Below are positions 40,386-52,729 of a DNA stretch of 64,000 nt, piece by piece. The stretch spans positions 272,366,001 through 272,430,000 of the forward strand of contig OZ024742.1 in NCBI GenBank assembly GCA_964016885.1. The letters run 5' to 3'. The notes under the pieces were generated by a model that was not told the DNA's origin, ran no database searches, and was given only the letters and a program-made list of their open reading frames with translations. Made by a program: the position numbers and the translations under genes. Numbering within the stretch: the first letter of the stretch is position 1; every line of letters starts with the position of its first letter. The DNA is from Eledone cirrhosa (Eukaryota).

Positions 40386-43300
40386 TATTCCTTGAATCTC
40401 AGTCATTGATGTTGGTTAACTGGAAAGTCTGTTGGATTGAATATCAAGCCACTACCTGCAGCCTCAGATATTCAGGACGTATCGGAGGGTTCTTGCTGTT
40501 CCAAGCAAGCATGCCTTTTGAAGCGTTCCAAAAAGCGTGAAGGGGCCGATTTTCTTTAACCATCCCTGGAAACCTTTGGAGATAGTCCCCAGTGCGCCTA
40601 TGACAATCGGGATCACTTTGACTTCATGGCAGTTCCAAATCCTTTTCACCTCCCACTTTAGGTCCTGGTATCGGTTAATTTTCTCCCTCTCCTTCTCTTG
40701 CACTCTCGTGTCGAACGGGCAGGCCACATCCACAATCAGGCACGATCTTTTTTCTTTGTCCACAACCACCAGGTCAGGTCTATTGTGTTCCAGTTTTTTG
40801 TCCGTCTGTATCCTAAAATCCCACAGCACCTTCACCTGACTGTTCTCCATCACCGCCTCTGGCCTATGCTCATACCATTTCTCAGAATGTGGTAGATTGT
40901 TTACTTTGCACAGGTGCCAGTGGATCACCCTGCCCATCACATCGTGTCTCCAGCCCTTATAGTGGGTCTGGGCTAGGTGTTTACACTCGGACACAATGTG
41001 AGCCACAGTCTCCTCTCTCTCTCCACAGATCCTGCACAGTGGGCTAGCCTCCTCCTTGTAGATATGGTGCTTCAACTACTTCGTTTTGAGGGCCTGCTCC
41101 TGCGCAGCCATTAGCATTCCTTCTGTAGCCTTTTTGAGGTCTCCTCTTCTCAACCAGTTCCATGTCTGTGGATCTCTAAATTCAGTTTTCTCAAAGAAGG
41201 TACTATGAAGGGATTTTCCCTTAAGGCTGCTCTTCCTCCTTGATGTTATTTCCTCCTTGGATATCCCCTGGCCTACTGTCCCCTCCTTCAGTACAGCTCT
41301 GAGCATTGGCTCCTTACTATAGGTCACGTATTTGTATAGGTTGTTTTTCTCCATCTGAACACAGTCCTCTATGCTGATAAGACCTCTTCCACCCTCAGAT
41401 CTCCTTAGGTAGAGTCTATCGACATCACTCCTCTTGTGGAACATGTTGTAGATAGTCAATAGCTTCCTAGTCTTCCTATCCATTTCTTTTTGTTCAGCAA
41501 CATTCCATCTCAGAATTCCCGCACTGTACCTAATAATAGACACAGCTCGGGAATTTACTGCGCTTATCGCATTTCTGCTGTTCAGATGTGACTTCAATAC
41601 GCTCCTTACTCTCCGAATGTATTCAGTTCTTAACAATTCCTTCATTTTTTTGTTCTTTATGCCATCAGCCTCCAGAACGCCCAAATACTTGTATCCTTCC
41701 TCAGAGTCAATTTCCTTTATCATCTCACCTGTTGGTATCTGGATCCCGTTACTTCTGCTCAACCTACCCCTCTTCATCACAATGACTCCACATTTACCAA
41801 TACCAAACTGCATACATATATCACTGCTGAAAATACGGACAGTGTCAACAAGCACATCCAACTCCTTCTCACTTTTCCCGAAGAGCTTAAGATCGTCCAT
41901 GAAGAGGCGGTGATTGATGGTAAGCTCTCCCCTTCCCAACTTGTATCCTGCTCTCACTTTTCGCAGCATAATGGTCAAGGGCATCAGGGCAAGGACAAAC
42001 AACAGAGGGGACAGGCTATCTCCCTGGAAGATACCTCTCTTGATCTTCACGCTTCCCAAGGATACTCCAGTTGATGTCAACTCTGTCTCCCAGGACCCCA
42101 TACTCCTGCCCAGCAACTGTCTGATGTTATCTGCCACCCTGAAGATCTCCAGGCTTTTGGTGATCCAGGAATGAGGCACCATGTCAAATGCCTTTCTGTA
42201 GTCTATCCATCCCATGGCAAGATCAGTGTGTCTCCTCCTGCAATTCCCCATTACCATCTTATCAATAAGCAACTGGTCCTTTGTACCACGTGACTTCTTT
42301 CGGCATCCTTTCTGTTCGTCCGGTAACAAGTTGTTTGTGTGGAGGTGATGGTAGATTTCCTCAGACACAATGCTCGTCAACAGTTTCCACATTACGGGCA
42401 GACATGTGATAGGTCTATAGTTGGTAACATCATTACCCTTGATTCGGTCTTTCATTATCAGAACTGTGGTACCTTTTGTCAACCACTCTGGCACCTCACC
42501 CGACACCAAGTAGTCATTGAACATGGCCGTCAGCTTCGGGTGGAGGGATGTTAAATGTTTAATCCAATACCCCTGCACACCATCTGGGCCTGGTGATTTC
42601 CAGTTGGTTAGTTTTTTGGCTTGCCCCTTAAGAGTTTCAACTGTGATACTCAAATCAGTCTGTTGTTGTGCCTGCTCACCGATCTCCCTCTGTACTGTCT
42701 CAATCCACCCTGCCTGGGCATTGTGTCTAACATCCTGCTCCCATATTCCTCTCCAGAATGTTTTAGCTTGTTCCGCCCCAGGGATCAAGTCATTGCCTCT
42801 TTCTTTCCCCTGAAGCTGTCCAAACAGCATCTTCTGGTTGTTGTCGAATATGCGGTTCTGTTTATACTGACTGACTCTGTTCTCGTATCGCCTGATTTTT
42901 GCACTCTTTGCTACAATGCGTTGCTTCAATTCCTCTATGATAATATTTAGCTTTTTACTCCTAGTTTTTTATTTTATTTCCAGTCTATTTTTAGTGCCTA
43001 TGTTTTTTAGTGTCCCATTCAGTAGTGACTCAAGCTTTTCTATGTCATTTCTCATTTCCCCGATTTGCCTACTCAGTCGCTTCTTCCACCACGGCTCTGC
43101 TCTTTCTTGTCTGTTGTTTCCTCTCGCTTTTATACCAAGTAGTTCACTCACCGTATTTGCTGTTGCTTTGAGGATAGTGTTGCACTGGTGAAGACTCCTC
43201 GCCTCAAGGTATGGGATGACTTTGTTTACCTTAGCTGTTGTTTCTTTTAACTTTTTCCTGTCTACAAATCTTAGGTTCATAGGTCTCCCACTATCATTGT

Positions 43301-44908
43301 TCAACTCATCTACCACTAAATTTAGGATGTCGACCGAATCTTGTCCTAGCCCGTCAGCATTCATCTCCTCAGTGGCCGTATCTCTGTTCCAGGTATTATT
43401 TATCTCAGTATTCAGATCATTGTCTGCTTCGGGTGGTTCCTCCGTTCTCAGGACCTCCTCACCTTCATTTCCCGCCGGCTCGCTTGTCTGGCATACTACA
43501 CCCGCCATCTCCAAGCCATTCTCTCTGCTCAGTTCCTCCAGTTCCAGCTCGCTTATCCACCCATTAGTTCTTATTACCCGAGCCTGCCCGGCCAATTTTT
43601 GTTCATCTAATTTAAATAAACCAATCTCGTTCCAGATGTTATGCATCCGTCTCCTGTAGCCCCTCTCCTTGGGGTTACTTTTCAGGTAGCATTGCATAAC
43701 AGTTCTATTCAATTCTTTCGTCCAGTTGGTTCTGGCCCCTTTCCTTCTTCTTCTTCCTCCAACATCAGCAGTATTTGGTTGACAGTCAGGTTCCTGCTGC
43801 TGAGTCTGTCACATGACGTTCTAGTCTCCATTTCACCGTTATTCGAACTGTTTATGTTCGATATTTAAACACTCTTATCGAGGATTGGCGAATGTATGTT
43901 TACATAGCCATCTGTGGATCCGCCATCCCACTTGGCCCTTGTGTGGCATTATCACCACGCTGTATACGAACACACATAAACAAACAAACACACGGGCAGA
44001 AAGGGCCCCAAAAATGAATAAGCATAAGTTTCATTGTAATGTAGTATTCGAATGTCTGACTTAGTTTTTGTTTTTTAAGTTTTACTTTTTCCCCCCTCTT
44101 CTCTGTCCGTCCGCCTGCTTCTCTCTTCATTCTTATTTTCTTTACGTTTTGGGGGTTTCTTTTTTTGTTTTTGTTTTTCTCTGTTTGTTTTTCTCGTTTT
44201 TTGCTGTTGTTGCTGTGCTGCTTTGGTTTTGTTGTTTGTTTTTTCTTTTTTCTTTTGAGTCTATCTATATATTTTGATGCCTTCCTCTTTGTTAGTAGTA
44301 GGAATTCTATAATGTGGAAGTGGAAGCCAGCAGGGAGAAGTGGGAGACTGGCGGCGTTGGCGATACTGAGACAGTGGTGGTGGTGATGTCGATACCGAGG
44401 CAGTGGTGGCGGTGATGCGACCGTATTACTGTAGTGATGGTGCTGTAGCGGTGGCAGCAGCAGTGAAGGAGTCAAGGGGTGGTGGCGGCGGTGATGGGAT
44501 AGTGGTGGTAATGATGGCCGTAGTGAGCGGTGGCGGTGAAGGTGAAAATGCTGCTGTGTTTAGTGTACACAGATGATGGGGTGGGTGGTGTATCTAGTTT
44601 CTGGTGTTGGTGAGTTTAGCTGTCCTATATAGTGTAGCCAGAGGAGAGGAGGGGGGGGGGGGTTCTTCTTCTTCCATTTATAGCCATTTTTTTTTTGGAT
44701 ATACAGTGTACAATACAAAGTTGAATATTTGAATATTTGAGCCTTATAACAATATATTTTGGGTCCGAATTTTTGGGGGCTCAAGCCGGGTGCTTTACGT
44801 AGCATTTGTACTAAGAGTTGTTATTTCACAAATGATTTAAATATGTTAAAAATTCAAAACTTACGGGAGCGATTTCATGACCTCCGTCACCTCGTGCGTC
44901 TTCTTCCC

Positions 44909-44909
<1 letters not shown>
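40386..44909 (-). mobile_element. R4/Dong-type RLE LINE, family C, near-intact full-length copy between (ATT)n tracts
   Basis: RT ([17 protein letters not shown]), CCHC finger CRICG...H...C, RLE motifs RHD, RPD..D, RYQDL, VIPIVIGALG; about 1-kb low-complexity 5' UTR. Confidence 0.93.
40464..43864 (-). pseudogene. Dong/R4 RT-RLE polyprotein with two in-frame stops and a damaged N-terminus
   Basis: ORFs 42969-43712, 41076-42929 and 40464-41075 share one frame. The stops align to Tyr and Trp codons in sister copies, and ATA replaces the ATG seen at 37973. Confidence 0.9.
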
Positions 44910-44973
<64 letters not shown>

Positions 44974-44987
44974 TTATTATTATTATT
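44909..44987. repeat. (ATT)n microsatellite
   Basis: Direct reading. Confidence 0.95.
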
Positions 44988-45259
44988 TGCGACGTACGTA
45001 GGAAATCGTATTATCGTGAGCTCCGCAAAAGTTTGTTATTTTCATTTGTTTCAAATTGACAGTTATGGAAAATTTGTGTTGTTAACTGTTTATAAGTCCA
45101 CATATATTGCTGTCTGAAAAGGACACTCAAAAAGATTGGGGCCATGAGCCCTAAATTTAAACTTTTGTAATTATCAAACAAAAACTTCTCTTCGAGAAAA
45201 ACATCGACGGCTCTCATCCACACAAAGTTGACAGCCTTCTTACAGACCATCACCTCCCA

Positions 45260-46150
45260 CCACCACCACCATTGTAGACGTTGCTACGTTTGCCAACACT
45301 AAAAGTATAAGCAGTGGCAATAATTTGAATTTGTCACAGACAGACATATATTTCCCGCCATTACCAATAACTGCAGGTATTAAAGCCGCCCCCCCCCCAC
45401 CACAGCGACAACAGAAAACAAAATTTATTGTCTCATGATATCGAAGTCGATTCACCCAGAATCGAGTCTTCCAAGCCGAACACTACTAACGCCACCATCA
45501 CCACCACAACTGAAATAACAACAAACATAACAATAACAACAACAGCAACAACAACAACACTGAGAATAACAAAAACATAAACACCAGCGCCAAACAAAAT
45601 GTGTCGTTTGCCAAATTAGCCAATAAAAGCGAAAACATCGAGGTAAGCCAGTATGAATTAAATGAAGCCAACCGAATGGTAAAAACAGATGATTACAGGG
45701 TCAATCTAATAAAATGGAGCATCGGCGACTATGCACCGTGTCATATCAGTTCGATTAACACAAAATCACGCCGAGTGGAACGGGCAACCGAGTCCCAGAT
45801 ACAAAAAGCTTTGGGACATGTGTGGGCGAAAAACCCCCACATCAGACGTGGGCACAAATATGGAACCGTGCACGTGTTGTTTGGAACCCCACAGGAAGCC
45901 AGAGAGCACGCCATCGCCCCATTAATAAGTGACGACTTCACACTCGTCCCCAGCTATTGTGGTTAGAGATTCGTGAAGATCAAGGTGACACACGTTCCAC
46001 CGGCCATCAAAATTACATGGCTAATGGCTGCCATCCTCGCCGGCATCGAGGCCAACATGAAATAACTGAGGTAACAAAAGAAAAGCAGGAGAACTGGACC
46101 GGATCTGGGATGGAGCTCCTGATCCAAGCAGACCCTCAAAACATAGAGGA
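45260..46150 (+). mobile_element. L1/Tx1 ORF1 fragment
   Basis: RASESQIQ.ALGHV...HIRRG matches 21735-22120 (here RATESQIQKALGHV). Confidence 0.7.
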
Positions 46151-46642
46151 AAGACAAAATACTAAATTTGGGGATAAATGCCTTCACAGGGTCTCATGAG
46201 CTGTTAGACCTAAGAAACAAATTTGATTGACAGGTGGAGAATGAAAATAACAAACTAGTGGACAACCATGAGAGGCTAAAAATATCGATGACGTGTACAA
46301 TTCTTGACCACTCATAGAATGACAACAACAGGATTTAAGCCGACAGGCGAAGGATATCGGTGTAAAAGGACATTAGGAAAATCTTCTTCGTAGAATCAAG
46401 ACGTATCTGAGGACCTTGAAATTTTCAGAGTCAGGTTCGATCATCACATCGATCGTGCCTCGAACTGGTCACCAGAGAAATAATTGTAATATGTCCAATA
46501 AATTCCATTCGTCGCAACACTGATTCTCTTTTTTTTCTGTAATATCATACTATGCTCTATGAGAGTAACGAGTGCTCAAACGGCCTACCGCAAACGGACG
46601 CTTTATGCATCCAACACCAATTATATATTAATTTATATATAT

Positions 46643-46731
<89 letters not shown>

Positions 46732-46845
46732 TAAGAGGAATTCCAACTTTGTCTGATTTACTCGTTTTATTTACAATCCTTTAAAATATATATAATGGTA
46801 TTATAATGAAATAGTATGATAGAATCTTAAATTCTAAGTGTTAAT

Positions 46846-46884
46846 TGAACAAGTACTTTCATGCTTTCGCAATCTTCAGGTTCA
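46846..46884 (-). ncRNA. Minimal type I hammerhead ribozyme
   Basis: TGAAC-CTGAAGA-T-TGC-gaaa-GCA-T-GAAA-GTAC-TT-GTTCA; palindromic AGTACT stem III. A truncated copy lies on + at 46958-46988. Confidence 0.8.
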
Positions 46885-46988
46885 TGATATGTGGTGACAG
46901 TCGAGTTTGCAATTTTCAACTGTTGAAATTTGCAAACTCGACTGTCACCACATATCATGAACCTGAAGATTGCGAAAGCATGAAAGTA
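46854..46988. repeat. 135-bp near-perfect palindrome formed by two head-to-head HHR fragments
   Basis: Arms 46854-46920 and 46922-46988, one mismatch, 1-nt spacer. Confidence 0.95.
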
Positions 46989-47028
46989 TATATATGATAT
47001 ATAATTATATATATATAATATAATTATA

Positions 47029-47121
47029 ATTGTTTCTAGTTTTGGCACAAGGATAGCAATTAGCCAGTGCATTACTGGTACTTTAATTTATCAACCCTTC
47101 AAGGATGAAAGGCAAAGTTAA
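47029..47121 (-). mobile_element. SINE 3' fragment
   Basis: Reverse complement of taactttgcctttcatcc...ccttgtgccaaaactagaaacaatt. Confidence 0.78.
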
Positions 47122-47136
47122 ATACTTTCTTTTTTT

Positions 47137-47362
47137 TAACCACAATGGTTGACATAATGTGTAAGATTAAAGACAGTACAGGACGGTAAAGGACGGCACA
47201 AATGGGCATTTCTGCGTGTAAAGAAAAAAAACCAAAAAATGAAACAAAGGAAAATTTCTAAATAGGCTTCCAAAGTGCATTTATGGAGAAAGCCTATTAA
47301 ACGAAAGCCACTGGAACCCTGAACACCAGAGCAAGTGATATCTCCCAGTTTTCCACCTGCAA
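47137..47362 (-). mobile_element. L1/Tx1 3' UTR fragment
   Basis: Reverse complement matches 24800-25052 (acacgcagaaatgcccatttgt...aaccattgtggttaa). Confidence 0.75.
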
Positions 47363-47394
47363 TGTAGCGGCGCATAGATCAATTTATATATATA

Positions 47395-49457
47395 TCTATA
47401 TTATATATAGAGAGAGATGTATATATATATGAGAGTATTGAAGTTTGCTTGAAGCATTGTGGAATAATAAGGTAAATTTCTTTAAGTCGTTTGGAAGCCT
47501 CGACAATGCAGATGGGTAAATCTCCGGGTACCAGGATCCGGTGGTAGAGAGAGAGATGTAAGTGGGTGTATGTTGAGATGCGTGGCGTGTATAAGACTTG
47601 TAGAGGAATGAAGGATAGAGCGTAAAGGATAAAAATAAAAATAACAGCACGAGAGATAGTTACCTTGGGAGAGATTTAATTGTCCCTATATATTTCGGAT
47701 TCACATCCATCAACTGTGGGTATGTTCCGGGGTGGGGGAAAGGTTGTCTGTCGGAAAGGTGCGAAACGTGTACTCCGCTGTTCGTTGTTTTGAATATATG
47801 AGGTATTCAGCAGAGCGCGCGTGCGCGTGAAATGGGGTCGGTCAGGCAGAGGTCCGCGGCCGAAGCAGTTCTTTCAATTGTGGGAGTGGGGTGGCGCAAG
47901 CTGTCAGTCCATTATCTGCCTGTTTGTTGAATGTTACTGTGGGTGTGTGTGTGTGCGTTTGTTGTTGTCTCGCGTGACTCTTTGTGTATGTGCGTGTGTT
48001 GTTGCATTGTTCCTCTGTATTGGCAGTGTAGTATGTTCGTATGGTGGAATGCTACTGTGTGTGTGTGTGTGTATGCGTGTGTTGCTGCATCGTTTGGTAA
48101 CTTAAACCAACCACCTCATTTCGCTTCTCTCGGATCGGTTGTTTAATTGTGGCCCTAGGCGTTTGATTCCAAAGTGCTTCCTTGATACGTAACGTGCCGA
48201 CATTTCTTTCTGTCGCTAGAATTGTGACAATGGGCCTTCCGTCTTTGTTTCCGTAGTTGGCTGTGTTTACGGAAATACGAGGCCCTGGTTTTAGTGTGTT
48301 CCTTGTTCCGGATGTGCAACAGCCGGATTGTGCTGCCTATATAGTATTGGTTGCATTAGTTACATTCTATCTTATACAAGACGTATGTGCGTTGGCAACA
48401 GTTCGCATGGCGCATCGAGCAGACTCTGAGGGAGCACGCGTCAGTTGATTTCCCGGGTTTCCTGGAGAGTCATCTTCGCAGGGAAGGTGGATGTCGACGC
48501 CCTACCTCCGTATAGCCTTGCGGATAGCGTTGGTGGTATTCTCGCCCAGGTGTGGAATTTTAAGGAAGCACTTGCCCTGGGTGCCTCTCCGTCTCTTGTG
48601 TCTGGTGTCTCCTACTCTGTCTGTGAGCGAGGTAGGGTACCCGTACATCTACAGCACCTCGAAGAATCGCTTGGTATGAGTGACACCACTCGTGGGATCG
48701 CTGCATCTGTTTATGATTCGCGCGATCTCGTTCGTGATGTATCCTCTTTTGGCACTGTTAGGGAGGGCGGACTTGTAGTGGACGAACAGCTCCCTGCAAG
48801 CTGCCTTTCGATAGAAGTTACAGTGGATCCCTCCCTGTTCCGTGATGTTGATTCGGAAGTCGAGGAGGGCAAGTGAACCGTTTTCGTTGCGGTGGTCAAC
48901 ACTGAAGTCAATGTTCTCGTCCGTGTTGTTGAACGTCTCATAGATTCTGTTCGCCATGTCTTGGGAAGATGTAAGGATGAGGATATCGTCCACGTACCTT
49001 GAGAAAAAGGCGACGGCGTTGGGGTGGCAGGCGTTGAGTGCCTTGCGCTCAAGGTTGTCCATGTAACAGATCGCTAGCACACCCGACAGGCTTGATCCCA
49101 TGGGCAGTCCTGAGGTTTGTTGGTATGTTTGATCAACGAATCCGAAGTAGGTGTTGTCGACGACGATGGATAGGAGTTGGTGGATGTCAGTGGTGGTGAG
49201 CCCGAAGCCGTGTAGGTCGGTGGATTGGACGCGTTCCATCAGTATATTGACGGCCGGGAGTGCCGGGACCGAGGTGTAGAGAGCGACTACATCAAGGCTG
49301 AAGGCATATATGTTATTGTTTCTGGTGTCGGGATCCATTTAATGCAAGCGCTTCAACACCTCCTCGGAGCTGTTAACATGTCCCCGCAAGGTGTCTAAGA
49401 TGGGTTTGAGTATTCTGGCTAAGAGCCGTGAAATTTTGTTGAGTGGTCCTTCCACGC

Positions 49458-49460
<3 letters not shown>
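47395..49460 (-). mobile_element. 5'-truncated Penelope-like element (Poseidon-like), degenerate, in (TA)n
   Basis: SLDVVALYTSVP, GLPMGSSLS, SRYVDDI, LLDF, YRK in ORF 48649-49338; endonuclease remnants at 48140-48400. Confidence 0.85.
47681..47720 (-). ncRNA. Degenerate or variant hammerhead motif in the PLE 3' UTR
   Basis: CAGTTGA (two changes from CTGATGA)-T-GGAT-gtga-ATCC-GAAA-TATATA-ggg. Confidence 0.35.
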
Positions 49461-49504
<44 letters not shown>

Positions 49505-49508
<4 letters not shown>

Positions 49509-50099
49509 GGAAAAGATGAAACGAAATTTCATTTCTCACTCTTAGTACGGCTGTTACTTAAATATAAGTATGTATACGTACATACATATATGTATACAGA
49601 CGTACAGTAGTATGTATATATATATACACACATGCACAAATATATATATGTACGTATGGATTCACCGAACATTTAGCATAATGCTCGCTGTGTTTGTAAA
49701 CAAACATCCCGAAATAAACCGTTCAGTGTCTAGCAACCATCGTTGCTCATTTGTTCAATACTGACAAAGGAACGCTGTACTAGTTTCAAGCATATTAGCT
49801 ATCATCAGCAACGTATACCTTCCTGCCAGATGATTGAACGTCTGAAAGTATATACATTCCTTATGCATATTAACGGCTGAGCAGCCTAATTTGCATATCG
49901 AGTGAGTTAATCGGCATGGGTACCGAAAACGATGAACGGAAAAAATGAAACGAAATTTCAATTCTCAACACACCGTGCATTATAATAAATGTTCGATGAA
50001 TCCATACGTACATATATATATGTGTGTGCATGTATGTATATATATATACATACTACTGAACATCTGTATACATATATGTATGTACGTATACATACTTAT
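49505..50099 (-). mobile_element. Non-coding HHR-containing retrozyme-like unit (about 429-bp monomer + short direct repeat + inverted copy)
   Basis: aacggaaaa.atgaaacgaaatttca.ttctca at about 49506 and about 49935; 49967-50099 is the reverse complement of 49564-49694; TA flanks. Confidence 0.7.
49772..49814 (-). ncRNA. Minimal type I hammerhead ribozyme, intact core
   Basis: ACGTTG-CTGATGA-T-AGC-taatat-GCT-T-GAAA-CTAG-TA-CAGCGT; palindromic ACTAGT stem III; GUA triplet. Confidence 0.88.
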
Positions 50100-50105
50100 T
50101 TATCG

Positions 50106-50182
<77 letters not shown>

Positions 50183-51141
50183 TGATCTATGCGTATACTT
50201 CTCAATTTGTATTGGCTACAATATATTTATCTCACCTACAAAGCCCAATGGAGTTATTCTTATTCCCACTCGGTTTAACAATCTTCTTGCTGATATTGTA
50301 TTTGATGCTTTCGCCGACAATATATCAAAGTATGAAATATTCATGCAATTTACTGTTTCAACATGGCGGAATATAATCTACTACAAATATTCTGATTTGG
50401 TTTCGTTCCCACATGAAAGTAATGAGTTTCTCAATGTGATTAATTTGCTGTGTCTAGTATAACCTTTTGTCTTCACAACGCAGTTCGTTTGCAGACGGCC
50501 ATTGTTTCTATCGTCATTTTGATTGCCACTAGCTAATAACCTAAACTTCAAATGATATATTATTGTAAGATAATTTGGCATATTGACAAGCGGGTCGTAA
50601 TATATAATCTCTTCGTTTTAACCAATTCTTCGACTCGAATCATTGCAAGGGACATAGTTGACCTTTATGTAGTGTAAGGCATTAATAAAAGAAATCATTT
50701 CAATATTATCCTGCTTTCTTAAATGTAATTGTGTTATTTTATCATCTTTTCTAAAGTTTGTATTATCTCTCTTTAGTACTAAATGATTTGATTCTCTCGT
50801 GAAATTTCAGCGTTTGTGTTTTAATAAGACACTGAAACAGTCGATCAATTAACGAAGCAATAAATTATTTAGGTACGGAAACAATATAGAAATATATTAG
50901 CATATATTATTAAGGAATTATAATTCATGTATCTCATACTGATCATACGCATTTATCAATTAGTTATTTCTCTTATTGGTATTTACAGCAACGATACTTT
51001 TAGTGATAAGCATCTCTTCATGCGACTTGCAATCTGGCAACAATGTGATTGCTTGCGAAAGTAAAGCCTTATACATATTCGAATGTGCACATCCTCGAGT
51101 ATTGCAATTATATATACATACACTACAAATATATGTACATG

Positions 51142-51264
<123 letters not shown>

Positions 51265-51370
51265 GGAGGAATTTCGTATTTCTAAAGAAATATAGTTTTA
51301 GGAAGCCGTAGCTATGCAAACACCGAGGCTAACGCCCTCTGGTGGTGTCCAGCGCAAGCAAGTGTCACAA

Positions 51371-51412
51371 CCGTCTATGCATTTCAGACTTGACTGGTCT
51401 TCGTCATTACGG
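51371..51412 (-). ncRNA. Hammerhead ribozyme, copy 1 (core C mutated)
   Basis: CCGTa-aTGACGA-AGAC-cagtcaa-GTCT-GAAA-TGCA-TA-GACGG. Confidence 0.65.
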
Positions 51413-51691
51413 TCCCTCCCACCGCTTGATACTGCTGGACTTGAAAACAGTCGAGAATATATAATTTTCTCGTCTGTGTAAATGAGGTGATTAATCTCAT
51501 TTGCATATGAAGCTGCATAAGTTGGCGCAACTTATAATAGAAAAGATATAAGATTTCGCTTCAAGCATAGCTTTATATAATATGTATAGAAATATTTTAT
51601 TTCTAAATAAATACGGTTTTAGGTAGCCGTAGCTATGCAAACACCGGGGCTAACGCCCTCTGGTGGTGTCCAGCAGAAGCAAGGGGAACAA

Positions 51692-51733
51692 CCGTCTATG
51701 CATTCCAGGCTTGGCTGACCTTCGTCAGGACGG
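51692..51733 (-). ncRNA. Hammerhead ribozyme, copy 2 (GAAA mutated to GGAA)
   Basis: CCGTC-CTGACGA-AGGT-cagccaa-GCCT-GGAA-TGCA-TA-GACGG. A third, truncated copy lies on + at 51827-51857. Confidence 0.7.
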
Positions 51734-52233
51734 TCCCTCCCAACGCTTGCTACTGCTGGACTTGAAAACAGTCGAGAATATATAGTTTCCTCGTCCGTGT
51801 TAATGAGGTGATTAATCTCATTTGCAGAAGGCCAGTCAAGCCTGAAATGCATAGACGCTTGTCCGCTTGCTTCTGCTTGACACCACCAGCGGGCCCTAGA
51901 ATCGGTGACTGCATAACTATGGCTTGCTAAAACCATATTTCTTTAGAAATACGAAATTTCTATACATATTTTATGAAGCTATGCTTGAAGAGAAATCTTA
52001 TTTCTTTGATATATATATAAACACATACATACGCATATATATATATATATATATATATAATAAAAAGTTAGAGTATCGTAAATGAGGATAGAAAATGGAG
52101 GTATAAAGAGATGCGATGCAGGGTGTTATCTGCTAAAAGTAGGTGCATAGGTGCTCGATGCTTGTGTAATCAGTGTTAAATGTTAGAGGAGTTAATGTTT
52201 ACTGTACGAAGATAAGAAGAGCGGTTATAAGCG

Positions 52234-52328
52234 AAAATATTAATGAAAGAGTTGCTAGCCGTTAACACATTTTTATATAAAGCTCTTACATATGTTTTAA
52301 CAGTTTGCAACTCTTTCATTAATATTTT
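52234..52328. repeat. Long imperfect hairpin
   Basis: aaaatattaatgaaagagttgc / gcaactctttcattaatatttt (22 bp perfect) plus about 15 bp of imperfect extension. Confidence 0.85.
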
Positions 52329-52404
<76 letters not shown>

Positions 52405-52414
52405 TATATATAGA

Positions 52415-52470
52415 AACGAGTAGGACCCCGTCGAAACGGCTTGAGCTCAGCCGTCGGGGTCCTACTCGTT
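52415..52470. repeat. GC-rich hairpin between TA tracts
   Basis: AACGAGTAGGACCCCG-tcgaa-ACGGCT-tgagctc-AGCCGT-CGGGGTCCTACTCGTT (16 + 6 bp). Confidence 0.9.
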
Positions 52471-52551
52471 CCTATTACCCACTCTACTGCCCTAAGTATT
52501 GAGTACTTTGGTGCGTTATTGTCCATCTGGTTCCTTACCACGTTTCCTTCG

Positions 52552-52632
<81 letters not shown>

Positions 52633-52673
52633 CGAAACATAAATCAATTGCTTGAACTCATAATCCTTTATTT

Positions 52674-52729
52674 ACTGCTATATATATTTCGATGATAGCT
52701 ATTGCATGGCTATGACCTCATCAGGCAGT
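52674..52729 (-). ncRNA. Type I hammerhead ribozyme, related to 12570-12624
   Basis: ACTGC-CTGATGA-GGTCATAGCCA-tgcaa-TAGCTATCATC-GAAA-TATATA-TA-GCAGT; partial duplicate at 52808-52880. Confidence 0.88.

Larger units (their letters stand above)
51270..52008 (-). mobile_element. Non-coding HHR-containing retrozyme-like array (321-bp monomer, second partial monomer, inverted copy)
   Basis: 51270-51505 repeats at 51590-51826; 51827-52008 is an inverted copy; each piece carries HHR sequence. Confidence 0.75.

Noticed and set aside
44860-44909. HHR or HDV-like ribozyme at the Dong 5' end
   Set aside because: The GTGAC-ggag-GTCAT-GAAA hairpin lacks CUGANGA and is not conserved in the 38760 copy; no HDV P1 partner found
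50985-51030. Minus-strand HHR-like ATGAAGA...AAAAGTATC
   Set aside because: Both core boxes are mutated and the stems do not pair
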